From positions 13,986 to 45,985 of the forward strand of contig JADJVQ010000038.1 of assembly GCA_016710525.1 (NCBI GenBank): a DNA stretch of 32,000 nucleotides, written 5' to 3'. Positions within the stretch are counted from its first letter, which is position 1, and every line of letters begins with the position of its first letter. Below are positions 10,434 to 17,936 of the stretch, one piece after another. This DNA comes from Burkholderiaceae bacterium. Its GTDB lineage: Bacteria > Pseudomonadota > Gammaproteobacteria > Burkholderiales > Burkholderiaceae_E. Below the pieces are notes generated by a model that saw only the letters and a list, made by a program, of their open reading frames with translations, did no database searches and was not told the origin of the DNA. The position numbers were made by a program, and so were the translations under genes.

Positions 10434-10834
10434 CGATGACCTCTTTTTGCTCGGGCTGCATCCAGCCGCGGAAAAAGGGCAACGCCTGACCAGCATTGAA
10501 CCGGACGCTTGCGGCTGTCCGATGCCGGCAACCCCGCTGCCTTTCGAGGCCATCGACAGATGGCACCGGGAAGGCCGGAAGCTTTGCGTCCCCGGATTTC
10601 CCCGGGTTTGCCCATGTAGACCGGCTGCAAACCGGCTCTGTGTCCCAGCGCGGCCCGACGAACGGACCGGCGCGAACGATGAAAGCGTTTTACAGACCGA
10701 TCCGCGAAGCGGCTGTGAACAAGTTAACGGAAGGGCTGTCGTCCCACGCCTGCATGGGTTGGATAGACTGTGTCGGCCCCCGCAAGCATCAACTCCGACA
10801 GGCTTCGGGCGGCGCGCGAAGGACCCCGACTGCC

Positions 10835-12520
10835 ATGGCCGACACCCCCACTCCCAATGCCGCCGCTGAAACGCGCCCCCTGCGAACCGCCGCCACCGTG
10901 GTGGTCATGCGCGACTCGCCGTCAGGCATCGAGGTGCTGCTGCTGCGCCGCGCCGAGCGGGGCGACCACAGCAGCGGCGCCTGGGTATTCCCGGGCGGCG
11001 TGCTCGACGCGCAGGATCGCGACTGTGCGGCCTTCTGCGGCACCCTGGACGATGCGGCGGCCAGCGCCTCGATGGGCCTGACCGAAGGCGGCCTGGACTA
11101 CTACGTGGCCGCCATCCGCGAATGCTTCGAAGAGGCCGGCCTGCTGCTGGCCACCGGCGCCGATGGACACCTGCTGAACCTGGCGGGCGATATCGGCGCC
11201 GAGATGGGGCCCTGGCGCTCGCGGCTGCATCGGGGCGACGCCACCATGGCCCAGTTCTGCAGCCACTTCGGCCTGACGCTGGCCACCGACCGCCTCGCCT
11301 ACTTCAGCCGCTGGGTCACTCCGGCGATCCGGGCCAAGCGCTGGGATACCCGGTTCTTCTTTGCGATCGCGCCCACCGAACAGGAATCCGCCCACGACGA
11401 GATCGAACTGGTCGAGCAGCTCTGGCTGACACCGGCCGATGCGATCGCACGCAGCGAATCACTGAAGCTGCTCAATCCCACCCGCTACACGCTCGAAACC
11501 TTGTCCGGGTTCGCCACGACCGCCGAGATGATGGCGCATGCCCGCACGCCGCGAACGGTCGCGCTGCCCATGCCGCGCATCGCCGACGGACCCCAGGGCA
11601 TGCTGCCGGTCAGCGCCGATCAGTTCGCCTGGGCCGAGGTCGGCAAGCTCGATCCGCAAGGCCATGGCACGGCCTCCTATGCCATCGTGCCGGGGCGCGC
11701 GGTGCGCCTGTCCGATCGGGTGATCCGGGTCAGCGCCGACAACAGCGGCATGATGACCGGCCCGGGCACCAACACCTATCTGGTGGGCGGCGGGCCGCGC
11801 AACGAATGGGCGGTCATCGATCCGGGCCCCAGCCTCGCGCCGCACGTCGAGGCCATCCTGAAGGCCGCGCCGGGCCCGATCCGCTGGATCCTGGTCACGC
11901 ACACGCACCAGGACCATTCGCCGGCGGCCAATGAACTGCGCGAGCGCACCGGAGCCCAGGTGCTGGGCCGCATCGCCAACTATCCCCAGAATCAGGATCC
12001 GGCCTTCAAGCCCGATCGCATCCTGGCACACGGCGAGCGCCTCGCCATCGACCAGGACACGACGCTCGCCGTGTTCCACACGCCCGGGCATGCGTCCAAT
12101 CACCTGTGCTACCTGCTCGAACAGGAGCAGATGCTGTTCACCGGCGACCATGTGATGCAGACATCCACGGTCGTCATCGGCCCCCCCGATGGCGACATGG
12201 CCGCCTATCTCGAGTCGCTGCGCGCGCTGCTCAAGGTCGAGCTGAGCTGGTTCGCCCCCGGGCATGGGTTCCTGATGGCGCAGCCGCACAAGGCGCTCGA
12301 AGGCATCGTCGCGCACCGGCTGCGCCGCGAGGCCAAGGTGCTGGAGGCGGTGACCGAACTGGCCGGCGCCGATACCGACGCGCTGCTGGCGCGCGTCTAC
12401 GACGACGTGAAGCCGGGCCTGCATCCGGTCGCGCGTCGCTCGCTGACCGCCCATCTGCAAAAGCTCGTGGCCGACGGACGCGTGCGCCACGACAACGACC
12501 GCTGGAGCGCGGCCGGCTGA
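10835..12520 (+). CDS. NUDIX hydrolase / MBL-fold metallo-hydrolase fusion protein
   Basis: The N-terminal half has AATVVVMRD...WVFPGGVLD...IRECFEEAGLL, a Nudix box. The C-terminal half has ILVTHTHQDHSPAA...FHTPGHASNHL...FTGDHVM, the MBL metal ligands, followed by a helical tail. I place the start at the ATG at 10835, which has a GAAGGA SD. Upstream in-frame ATGs exist. Confidence 0.75.
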   Translation: MADTPTPNAAAETRPLRTAATVVVMRDSPSGIEVLLLRRAERGDHSSGAWVFPGGVLDAQDRDCAAFCGTLDDAAASASMGLTEGGLDYYVAAIRECFEEAGLLLATGADGHLLNLAGDIGAEMGPWRSRLHRGDATMAQFCSHFGLTLATDRLAYFSRWVTPAIRAKRWDTRFFFAIAPTEQESAHDEIELVEQLWLTPADAIARSESLKLLNPTRYTLETLSGFATTAEMMAHARTPRTVALPMPRIADGPQGMLPVSADQFAWAEVGKLDPQGHGTASYAIVPGRAVRLSDRVIRVSADNSGMMTGPGTNTYLVGGGPRNEWAVIDPGPSLAPHVEAILKAAPGPIRWILVTHTHQDHSPAANELRERTGAQVLGRIANYPQNQDPAFKPDRILAHGERLAIDQDTTLAVFHTPGHASNHLCYLLEQEQMLFTGDHVMQTSTVVIGPPDGDMAAYLESLRALLKVELSWFAPGHGFLMAQPHKALEGIVAHRLRREAKVLEAVTELAGADTDALLARVYDDVKPGLHPVARRSLTAHLQKLVADGRVRHDNDRWSAAG

Positions 12521-12528
12521 GCCGGGCC

Positions 12529-12576
12529 GTCGCGGTCGGCGATCGGCGGTCGGCGGTCGGCGGTCGGCGGTCGCGA
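12529..12576. repeat. Tandem heptanucleotide repeat, about 6 copies of GTCGGCG (variants GTCGCG, ATCGGCG, GTCGCGA)
   Basis: The sequence reads GTCGCG GTCGGCG ATCGGCG GTCGGCG GTCGGCG GTCGGCG GTCGCGA. It fills the 56-nt gap between the convergent NUDIX-MBL and bchJ genes. Confidence 0.9.
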
Positions 12577-13185
12577 CTACGAAAGCCTTGCCCGCCAGCT
12601 CAGTTCCAGCACACAGGCCGGCGCCCCGGTGGCCTCGCAGGCCGTTTCGATCACTCGGCTCTCGGGGTGCACCAGCGATCTGAACAGGTGCTCGAAGGTG
12701 GCGGCGTAATAGTCGCAAACAGGCACCTGGCTGGCCACGCCGCGGCACAGCGGGTTGCCGGTGATCGTCAGGACCACCGGCTGCCCATAGCGCGCCTCGA
12801 ACCGGCCGCTGCCGGCAAAGGTCCAGGCATGGCGGCCGATCGCCCGCAGCAGCACGCGGGCGGCCAGAGCGGCCGGCATGCGCCGCAGCAGCGCCTGCAA
12901 GAGGCGCGGGATGCGGTTGGCGAGCAGGTACTCGGCCGTGCGCCTGCCGGCGTCGCGAAAGACCCGGCGGGCCGCGCCGGGCCCCAGGTTGGCCCGCACG
13001 CTGCGATGCAGGCGCGCAACCTCGAGCTCATCGACCATGCGCGCGGGCGGTGCGTCGAAGTAGCCGGCCAGCCCGGCCAGCCGGAACAGGTGGCGCGCGC
13101 TCGCTTCGCCCGGGCCCGCGACCAGGGCATGGGCCACCTGGATCAGGGCGTTGGGCCCGATCCGGGCACCCGCCAGCGCGCTCAT
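12577..13185 (-). CDS. bchJ: BchJ-like protein (V4R domain; annotated in the literature as bacteriochlorophyll 4-vinyl reductase)
   Basis: 202 aa. The N-terminus [15 protein letters not shown] and the overall pattern match BchJ as I recall it. Its ATG overlaps the bchE stop (ATGA at 13182-13185), which implies translational coupling. Confidence 0.75.
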   Translation of the reverse strand: MSALAGARIGPNALIQVAHALVAGPGEASARHLFRLAGLAGYFDAPPARMVDELEVARLHRSVRANLGPGAARRVFRDAGRRTAEYLLANRIPRLLQALLRRMPAALAARVLLRAIGRHAWTFAGSGRFEARYGQPVVLTITGNPLCRGVASQVPVCDYYAATFEHLFRSLVHPESRVIETACEATGAPACVLELSWRARLS

Positions 13186-14831
13186 CGCACCGGGCCGGTC
13201 GCGTCGACGGCGGTCTCCTCAGCCAGCTGCAGGTCGCCGCCGCCGCAGGCCTTGGCGGCCGCCGCCGCCGCGATCTCTTCGCCTTTTCGGCGGGCAATCT
13301 TGGGTCCATGCATCGTCACCCAGCCGTCGTCGCTGGCGATCGACTCGGTCCCGCTGCCCAGCCGTCGCGACGCATCGAAGCCGAAGTCGACGTTCTTCTT
13401 GGACTGCGGTCCCCAGTAGCCGACCCGCCCGAGGTCATAGAACTTGCGCTGAAACCCGCTCTTCACGAAGGCCTTCAGGCAGCCCAGCATGTAGCTGCGC
13501 TTGGCCTTGTCGCGGATCCACGGGTATTCCAGGAAGGTCTTGCGCATGTAGAACCGGCGGTAGTTGTTCATCACCCGGTCCAGCAGCTCGCTGCGGTCCA
13601 TCGCATCGGGCTTGATGATCGGCGTGACGAAGTTGTACTTGTCGAAGTCGAAGATCTCGACCTTGTCGCCCAGCTCGCGGAACAGATCCGAGAACGGCCA
13701 CGGCGTGTACATCGCCCAGTTGGCCATGTCGGGCTTCCAGTCCATCGCCATCTTGTAGGTTTCTTCGAGGGTCTCGGCGGTTTCGTTCTCGAGCCCGACG
13801 ATGAACTGCGCCTCGGCCACGATGCCGGCATTGCGCAGCAGCGTGATCGCCTTCTTGTTCTGGGCGATCGTGGTCTCCTTGTTGAACCGGTCCAGCTTGA
13901 GCTGCGCGGCGGCCTCGGTGCCCAGCGACACGTGGATCAGCCCGGCCTTGCGGAACAACGGCAGCAGGGCCTCGTCGCGCAGGATGTCGGTCACGCGGGT
14001 GTTGATGCCCCAGAGCACCGGCAGCTTGCGCTCGATCAGCTCCTCGCAGAAGGCGATGAATTTCTTGCGGTGGATCGTCGGCTCTTCGTCGGCCAGGATG
14101 AAAAAGCCCACCTGGTGGTCGCGCACCAGCGATTCGATCTCGTCGACCACCTTCTTGGGATCGCGCACCCGGTAATCGCGCCAGAACTTCCACTGGCTGC
14201 AGAAGCTGCAGGTGAAGGGGCAGCCCCGCGCGAAATTGGGGATGGCCACGCGCACCCCCATCGGGATGTACTGGTAATGGGCCCATTCCAGGATGCCCCA
14301 GTTGGGCTTGATCTTGTCCAGGTCTTCGATCGGCGGTTCGGCCGGCGTGGCCACCACCGTGTCATCGGCCAGATAGGCAATGCCGCGCACCTGCGAACGG
14401 TCGGCGGCCCAGCGGCCCTCGTCGATCGCCCTGACCAGGTTCAGGAAGACCTGTTCGCCCTCGCCGCGCACGACCACGTCGATCCATGGCGCCTCCTTGA
14501 GCACCTGCGGATACATGAACGTGCCATGGATGCCGCCCAGCACCGTCACCGCGTTCGGCGCCACTTCCTTGGCGATCTTCAGCAGGTTCTCGGCCGTGTA
14601 GATGGCCGGCGTGATGGCGGTGGCGCCGATGATGTCCGGGCCGAAGGCGACGATACGCTCGCGCACCTGGTCGTCGCTCAGATGGTGGGTCATCGCATCG
14701 ACGAAGAGCACCTCGGAGTACCCGCCCGCCTTCAGGTACCCGGTCAGGTACGCAACCCAGGCCGGAGGCCAGTTGCCGGCGATTTCAGCGCCCCCGGAGT
14801 GGTAGTTCGGGTGGATCAGCAGAATGCGCAT
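13182..14831 (-). CDS. bchE: Anaerobic Mg-protoporphyrin IX monomethyl ester oxidative cyclase (B12-binding radical SAM)
   Basis: The N-terminus [38 protein letters not shown]...[56 protein letters not shown] is near-identical in pattern to BchE of purple bacteria. The radical-SAM cysteines are in [12 protein letters not shown]. 549 aa. Confidence 0.95.
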   Translation of the reverse strand: MRILLIHPNYHSGGAEIAGNWPPAWVAYLTGYLKAGGYSEVLFVDAMTHHLSDDQVRERIVAFGPDIIGATAITPAIYTAENLLKIAKEVAPNAVTVLGGIHGTFMYPQVLKEAPWIDVVVRGEGEQVFLNLVRAIDEGRWAADRSQVRGIAYLADDTVVATPAEPPIEDLDKIKPNWGILEWAHYQYIPMGVRVAIPNFARGCPFTCSFCSQWKFWRDYRVRDPKKVVDEIESLVRDHQVGFFILADEEPTIHRKKFIAFCEELIERKLPVLWGINTRVTDILRDEALLPLFRKAGLIHVSLGTEAAAQLKLDRFNKETTIAQNKKAITLLRNAGIVAEAQFIVGLENETAETLEETYKMAMDWKPDMANWAMYTPWPFSDLFRELGDKVEIFDFDKYNFVTPIIKPDAMDRSELLDRVMNNYRRFYMRKTFLEYPWIRDKAKRSYMLGCLKAFVKSGFQRKFYDLGRVGYWGPQSKKNVDFGFDASRRLGSGTESIASDDGWVTMHGPKIARRKGEEIAAAAAAKACGGGDLQLAEETAVDATGPVR

Positions 14832-14859
14832 CGTTTGCCCCCGGTGTATCTGTTTGTTG

Positions 14860-14902
14860 TGTCCAGTTATCGTTACTCACGACATGTCACTTTGCATTGA
14901 CA
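14860..14902. promoter_or_regulatory. Candidate tandem PpsR/CrtJ operators: a perfect TGT-N12-ACA (14885-14902) and a degenerate TGT-N12-ACT (14860-14877), 7 nt apart
   Basis: Read directly from the sequence: TGTCACTTTGCATTGACA, with arms ATGTCA and TGACAT. The upstream partner is TGTCCAGTTATCGTTACT. The sites lie 29-71 nt upstream of the bchE ATG. Confidence 0.4.
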
Positions 14903-14910
14903 TTTGTCGA
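14897..14910. promoter_or_regulatory. Candidate FNR/FnrL-type site TTGAC-N4-GTCGA upstream of bchE
   Basis: TTGACATTTGTCGA has 9 of 10 dyad-symmetric positions and matches 7 of 10 positions of TTGAT-N4-ATCAA. Its centre is about 72 nt upstream of the bchE ATG. It overlaps the PpsR-like dyad by 6 bp. Confidence 0.4.
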
Positions 14911-15030
14911 TCCAAGTTCCGACACCGGCAGGCTCGCCCGCCTTGCGCCACAATCCGCGATCGCCGTCCGCCCGGCCGCGGGTACTGCCGGGGCGGGCAG
15001 TTTCGTCCCGCACCCTTTCCTGGAGCTTCG

Positions 15031-16026
15031 ATGACCCGTCCCCTGGTGCTGCTGACCAATCCGATCGAGCCGCTCGAGCGGCTCCGCCTGGCCGAACACT
15101 GCGAGGTGATCGAGTTGGCCGCTGTCGACGCCGCCAGCGTGCTGGCGGGGGCTCGCGAGGCGCAGGCGATCATCGTCCGTGCGAACCTTCCCGAGGACAT
15201 CTTCGAACGCTGTCCGGGCGTGCTGGCCGCGGTGCGCCACGGCGCCGGCACCGACATGATTCCGGTGGAGCGGGCCACGGCAGCCGGCGTGATGGTCGCC
15301 AATGCGCCGGGCGCCAATGCGGTGACGGTGGCCGAGTACGCGGCCAGCCAGATGCTGCAGCTGTCGCGGCAGCTCGCCCGGATCGACCGGACCTTGCGCG
15401 AACAGGACTGGGCGCGCGCGCGGCTGATCTCCGATGGCGGCAGCGACCTGGCCGGACGCACGCTCGGGGTGATCGGTACCGGTGCGATCGGCAGTGCGCT
15501 GGGGCGCATTGCCGGGTTGGGCCTGTCGATGAACGTGCTCGGCCACCGCCGCAGTCCCGGCGCCCTGCCCGAGCCGATGCAGCGGGCCGGCCTGGAAGAA
15601 CTGCTGGAGCGCTCCGACTACGTCGCGCTGACCTGCCCGCTGACCGAACAGACGCGGGGTCTGATCGGCGCGGCGCAACTGGCGCGCATGAAGCCCGGTG
15701 CACGCCTGATCAATGTGTCACGGGGGCCGGTCGTCGACCAGGCTGCACTGGTCGAGGCGCTGCGCCGCGGCCATCTGGGCGGCGCGGCGCTCGATGTGTT
15801 CGAGACCCAGCCGCTGCCGGCGGACTCGCCGCTCTGGCACTTTCCCAACGTGCTGCTGTCGCCGCACATGGCGGGCATCACCGCCGACAGCATGCGCCGG
15901 ATGAGCCGCATGGTGGTCGACCAGACCCTGGAGATGCTGGCAGGACGTCCGCCCCGCCACTTCGTCAACCCCCTGGTCTGGCCGGACCGGCGGCCCAATC
16001 CGTTCGCGGCGCCGGGACCGGCCTGA
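15031..16026 (+). CDS. D-isomer-specific 2-hydroxyacid dehydrogenase family protein (PGDH-like)
   Basis: The ATG at 15031 follows a TGGAG SD. The NAD motif is GRTLGVIGTGAIGSALG. The catalytic region is INVSRGPVVDQAALVEAL...GAALDVFETQPLP...LLSPHMAG. 331 aa. Confidence 0.85.
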   Translation: MTRPLVLLTNPIEPLERLRLAEHCEVIELAAVDAASVLAGAREAQAIIVRANLPEDIFERCPGVLAAVRHGAGTDMIPVERATAAGVMVANAPGANAVTVAEYAASQMLQLSRQLARIDRTLREQDWARARLISDGGSDLAGRTLGVIGTGAIGSALGRIAGLGLSMNVLGHRRSPGALPEPMQRAGLEELLERSDYVALTCPLTEQTRGLIGAAQLARMKPGARLINVSRGPVVDQAALVEALRRGHLGGAALDVFETQPLPADSPLWHFPNVLLSPHMAGITADSMRRMSRMVVDQTLEMLAGRPPRHFVNPLVWPDRRPNPFAAPGPA

Positions 16027-16914
16027 TCAGGCCGCGGCGCTGCCCGAGCCCACCGGCAGGGCCTGCACGCATTCGGGACGGCCCGACCATTCCCAGGCCA
16101 GGCTGGTTCGGGACACGCCGAGCAGCAGGCCGTGCAGGTTCTTGGGATGGACCCACAGGCCTTCGCGTTCGGAGGCGATATCGCCACTGCGCGGGGTCAG
16201 GGTGGCCCCCGCGTCGAGCATGCGCGCCTTCAGGCCGTCGAAATCGTGGGTCTCGAGGTAGCACATGTACAGCGAGTCGCCGCCGCGCCGCTCGACGAAG
16301 CGGCGCATCGCGCCGGGCCGGTCGGCGAAGGTCTGGGAGAGTTCGATGCGATCCAGGCGCGCCGGCGGATCGAACAGCGTGAGCGTGCCCTCGTAGCCGA
16401 AGCGCTTGCTGGAAATCGGCGAGAACCGGCTGGCATCGAGCTTGAACATCGTCGCGTAACGCTGCGCCACCACCTGCCAGTCGGTGTCCAGGGTGTTGGT
16501 CGCCTCGTAGAAAAAGCTGACCGGACCGATCCGCGGCCGCTCGACGAGCGGCGAGATCACCATCGGAAACCCGAAGGTGCTGGTGCCCGGCAGGTGCAGG
16601 CGGCCATCCTCGCGCGCCAGCGGCACGCCGAGCTCATCCAGATGGGCGGCCAGCGCATCGAAGCGTGACGAGGCATACCCGGCCGCCAGCAGGCCTTCGC
16701 CCCAGCGGTCGATGAATTCCTGCACCGGCCCGGGACCGGCCGGTTCGCACAATTCGAGTTCGCTCTCGCCCAGGCGCATCACGAGGCGGTGGGCATTCAG
16801 GCAGGCGCTGCGGCTGTCGCGATCGGGCTGCGCGCCGAGCATCGAGGCGAAGGTGGCGGCGGCAAGGTTGCGGCTGCGAACCGCGATCAGCATTCGGTCG
16901 ACACGATCGAGCAT
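16027..16914 (-). CDS. VOC (glyoxalase/bleomycin-resistance/dioxygenase) superfamily protein, multi-module
   Basis: This is the real C-terminal part of the 1303-aa track ORF. I place the start at the ATG at 16912-16914 (MLDRVDRMLIAV...) with a GGAGA SD. The VOC-like repeat pattern is visible. 295 aa. The functional call is weak. Confidence 0.55.
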   Translation of the reverse strand: MLDRVDRMLIAVRSRNLAAATFASMLGAQPDRDSRSACLNAHRLVMRLGESELELCEPAGPGPVQEFIDRWGEGLLAAGYASSRFDALAAHLDELGVPLAREDGRLHLPGTSTFGFPMVISPLVERPRIGPVSFFYEATNTLDTDWQVVAQRYATMFKLDASRFSPISSKRFGYEGTLTLFDPPARLDRIELSQTFADRPGAMRRFVERRGGDSLYMCYLETHDFDGLKARMLDAGATLTPRSGDIASEREGLWVHPKNLHGLLLGVSRTSLAWEWSGRPECVQALPVGSGSAAA

Positions 16915-16952
16915 GGCGGATCTCCGGAAAAGACAGTGAAATGCTCCTGCCC

Positions 16953-17924
16953 TCAGGGCAGGAGGTCGGACGAAGGCAGGCCGTCGCGCAGCAGCGAGGC
17001 CAGATCGGCATCGGCACCCAGCCCCAGCGCAGCGGCCCGATCGAAGGTGCAGGCCAGTGGCCAGGCACCGAACTGGGCGACGAGCCCGGGCGCCGGTGCG
17101 TCGGCGAACCGGACGCGCGCCGGCGCGCGGGCGTCCGATTGCGCCAGCGCCGCCACGATCTGCGCCACGCTGACGGCCAGCGCCGGCGCATTGACGGTGC
17201 GCACCGCGCCGATCGCCTCGCCAGGAAGATCGCCGAGGCGCAGCAGATTGTCGATCACCCGCGGCAGCGAACACAGCCAGGTGGTCGCCTGCGGGCCAAC
17301 CGGACAGGTGTAGGACCGGCCGGCCAGCGGCTCGCGGATGAGATCGCTGTTGAATCCCGACAGCGCGCCATTGGGCAGCGGCGGGCGCACCACCACGCCG
17401 GGCAGGCGCAGCGCGCGCCCGTCGATGAAACCGCGGCGCGTGTAGTCGTCGATCAGCAGTTCGATCACCCGCTTGTGTGCGCCGTAGCTCAGGGTCGGCA
17501 AGGCCGGCGTGTGATCGTCGATGCGCGCCGGCAGGGGCACACCGAACACCGCAATCGAGCTGGCGTAGACGAAGCGCACCCGCGGCCCGCCCGCCTGCGC
17601 CTGACGCCGGCAGCACTCGAGCAGGGCGAGCGTGGCTTCGAGATTGACCCGAAGACCGGCCTCGAAATCGGATTCCGCGGCACCGCTGACGATGCCGGCC
17701 AGATGAAAAAGGCGACCGACCGGGCGCGCGAACAGGCGCTGCTGGTGGCTCGCATCGGCCACGTTCCCGGCCAGGCTGCCCGGCCCGTCGATGACCTGGT
17801 CGGTGAGCAGCAGGCCGTCGGGTCCCAGGCGCGGATCGGCCCGCAGGGCCCGGGCCAGGGCGCGGCCGATGAAGCCGGCCGCTCCGGTGATTAGCACAAG
17901 GGTATCGGGCGCTGCCAGGCTCAT
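16953..17924 (-). CDS. NAD-dependent epimerase/dehydratase-family SDR; resembles the D-erythronate dehydrogenase (DenD)-type subgroup
   Basis: LVLITGAAGFIGRAL is the Rossmann motif. YASSIAVFG...YGAHKRVIELLIDDYTRRGFIDGRALRLPGVVVRPPLPNGALSGFNSDLIREPL is the block I associate with DenD-like proteins. The subgroup assignment is from memory only. Confidence 0.6.
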   Translation of the reverse strand: MSLAAPDTLVLITGAAGFIGRALARALRADPRLGPDGLLLTDQVIDGPGSLAGNVADASHQQRLFARPVGRLFHLAGIVSGAAESDFEAGLRVNLEATLALLECCRRQAQAGGPRVRFVYASSIAVFGVPLPARIDDHTPALPTLSYGAHKRVIELLIDDYTRRGFIDGRALRLPGVVVRPPLPNGALSGFNSDLIREPLAGRSYTCPVGPQATTWLCSLPRVIDNLLRLGDLPGEAIGAVRTVNAPALAVSVAQIVAALAQSDARAPARVRFADAPAPGLVAQFGAWPLACTFDRAAALGLGADADLASLLRDGLPSSDLLP

Positions 17925-17936
17925 GTCCGGGCGTCT

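Noticed and set aside
8110-10566. An 818-aa minus-strand ORF overlapping the S8 protease
   Set aside because: It is an alternative frame of the same strand. The other frame carries the full S8 catalytic triad, a signal peptide and a beta-barrel terminus, so this one is spurious.
10561-10575. A sigma-54-like TGGCAC in the long S8 / NUDIX-MBL intergenic region
   Set aside because: The -12 element is missing, with AGGC in place of TTGC at the required spacing. The nearest downstream start codon is about 270 nt away.
12529-12576. The tandem repeat considered as a CRISPR array or a coding repeat
   Set aside because: The unit is only 7 nt with no spacers, and there are no cas genes in the window. 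It lies outside both flanking reading frames. It is a simple microsatellite.
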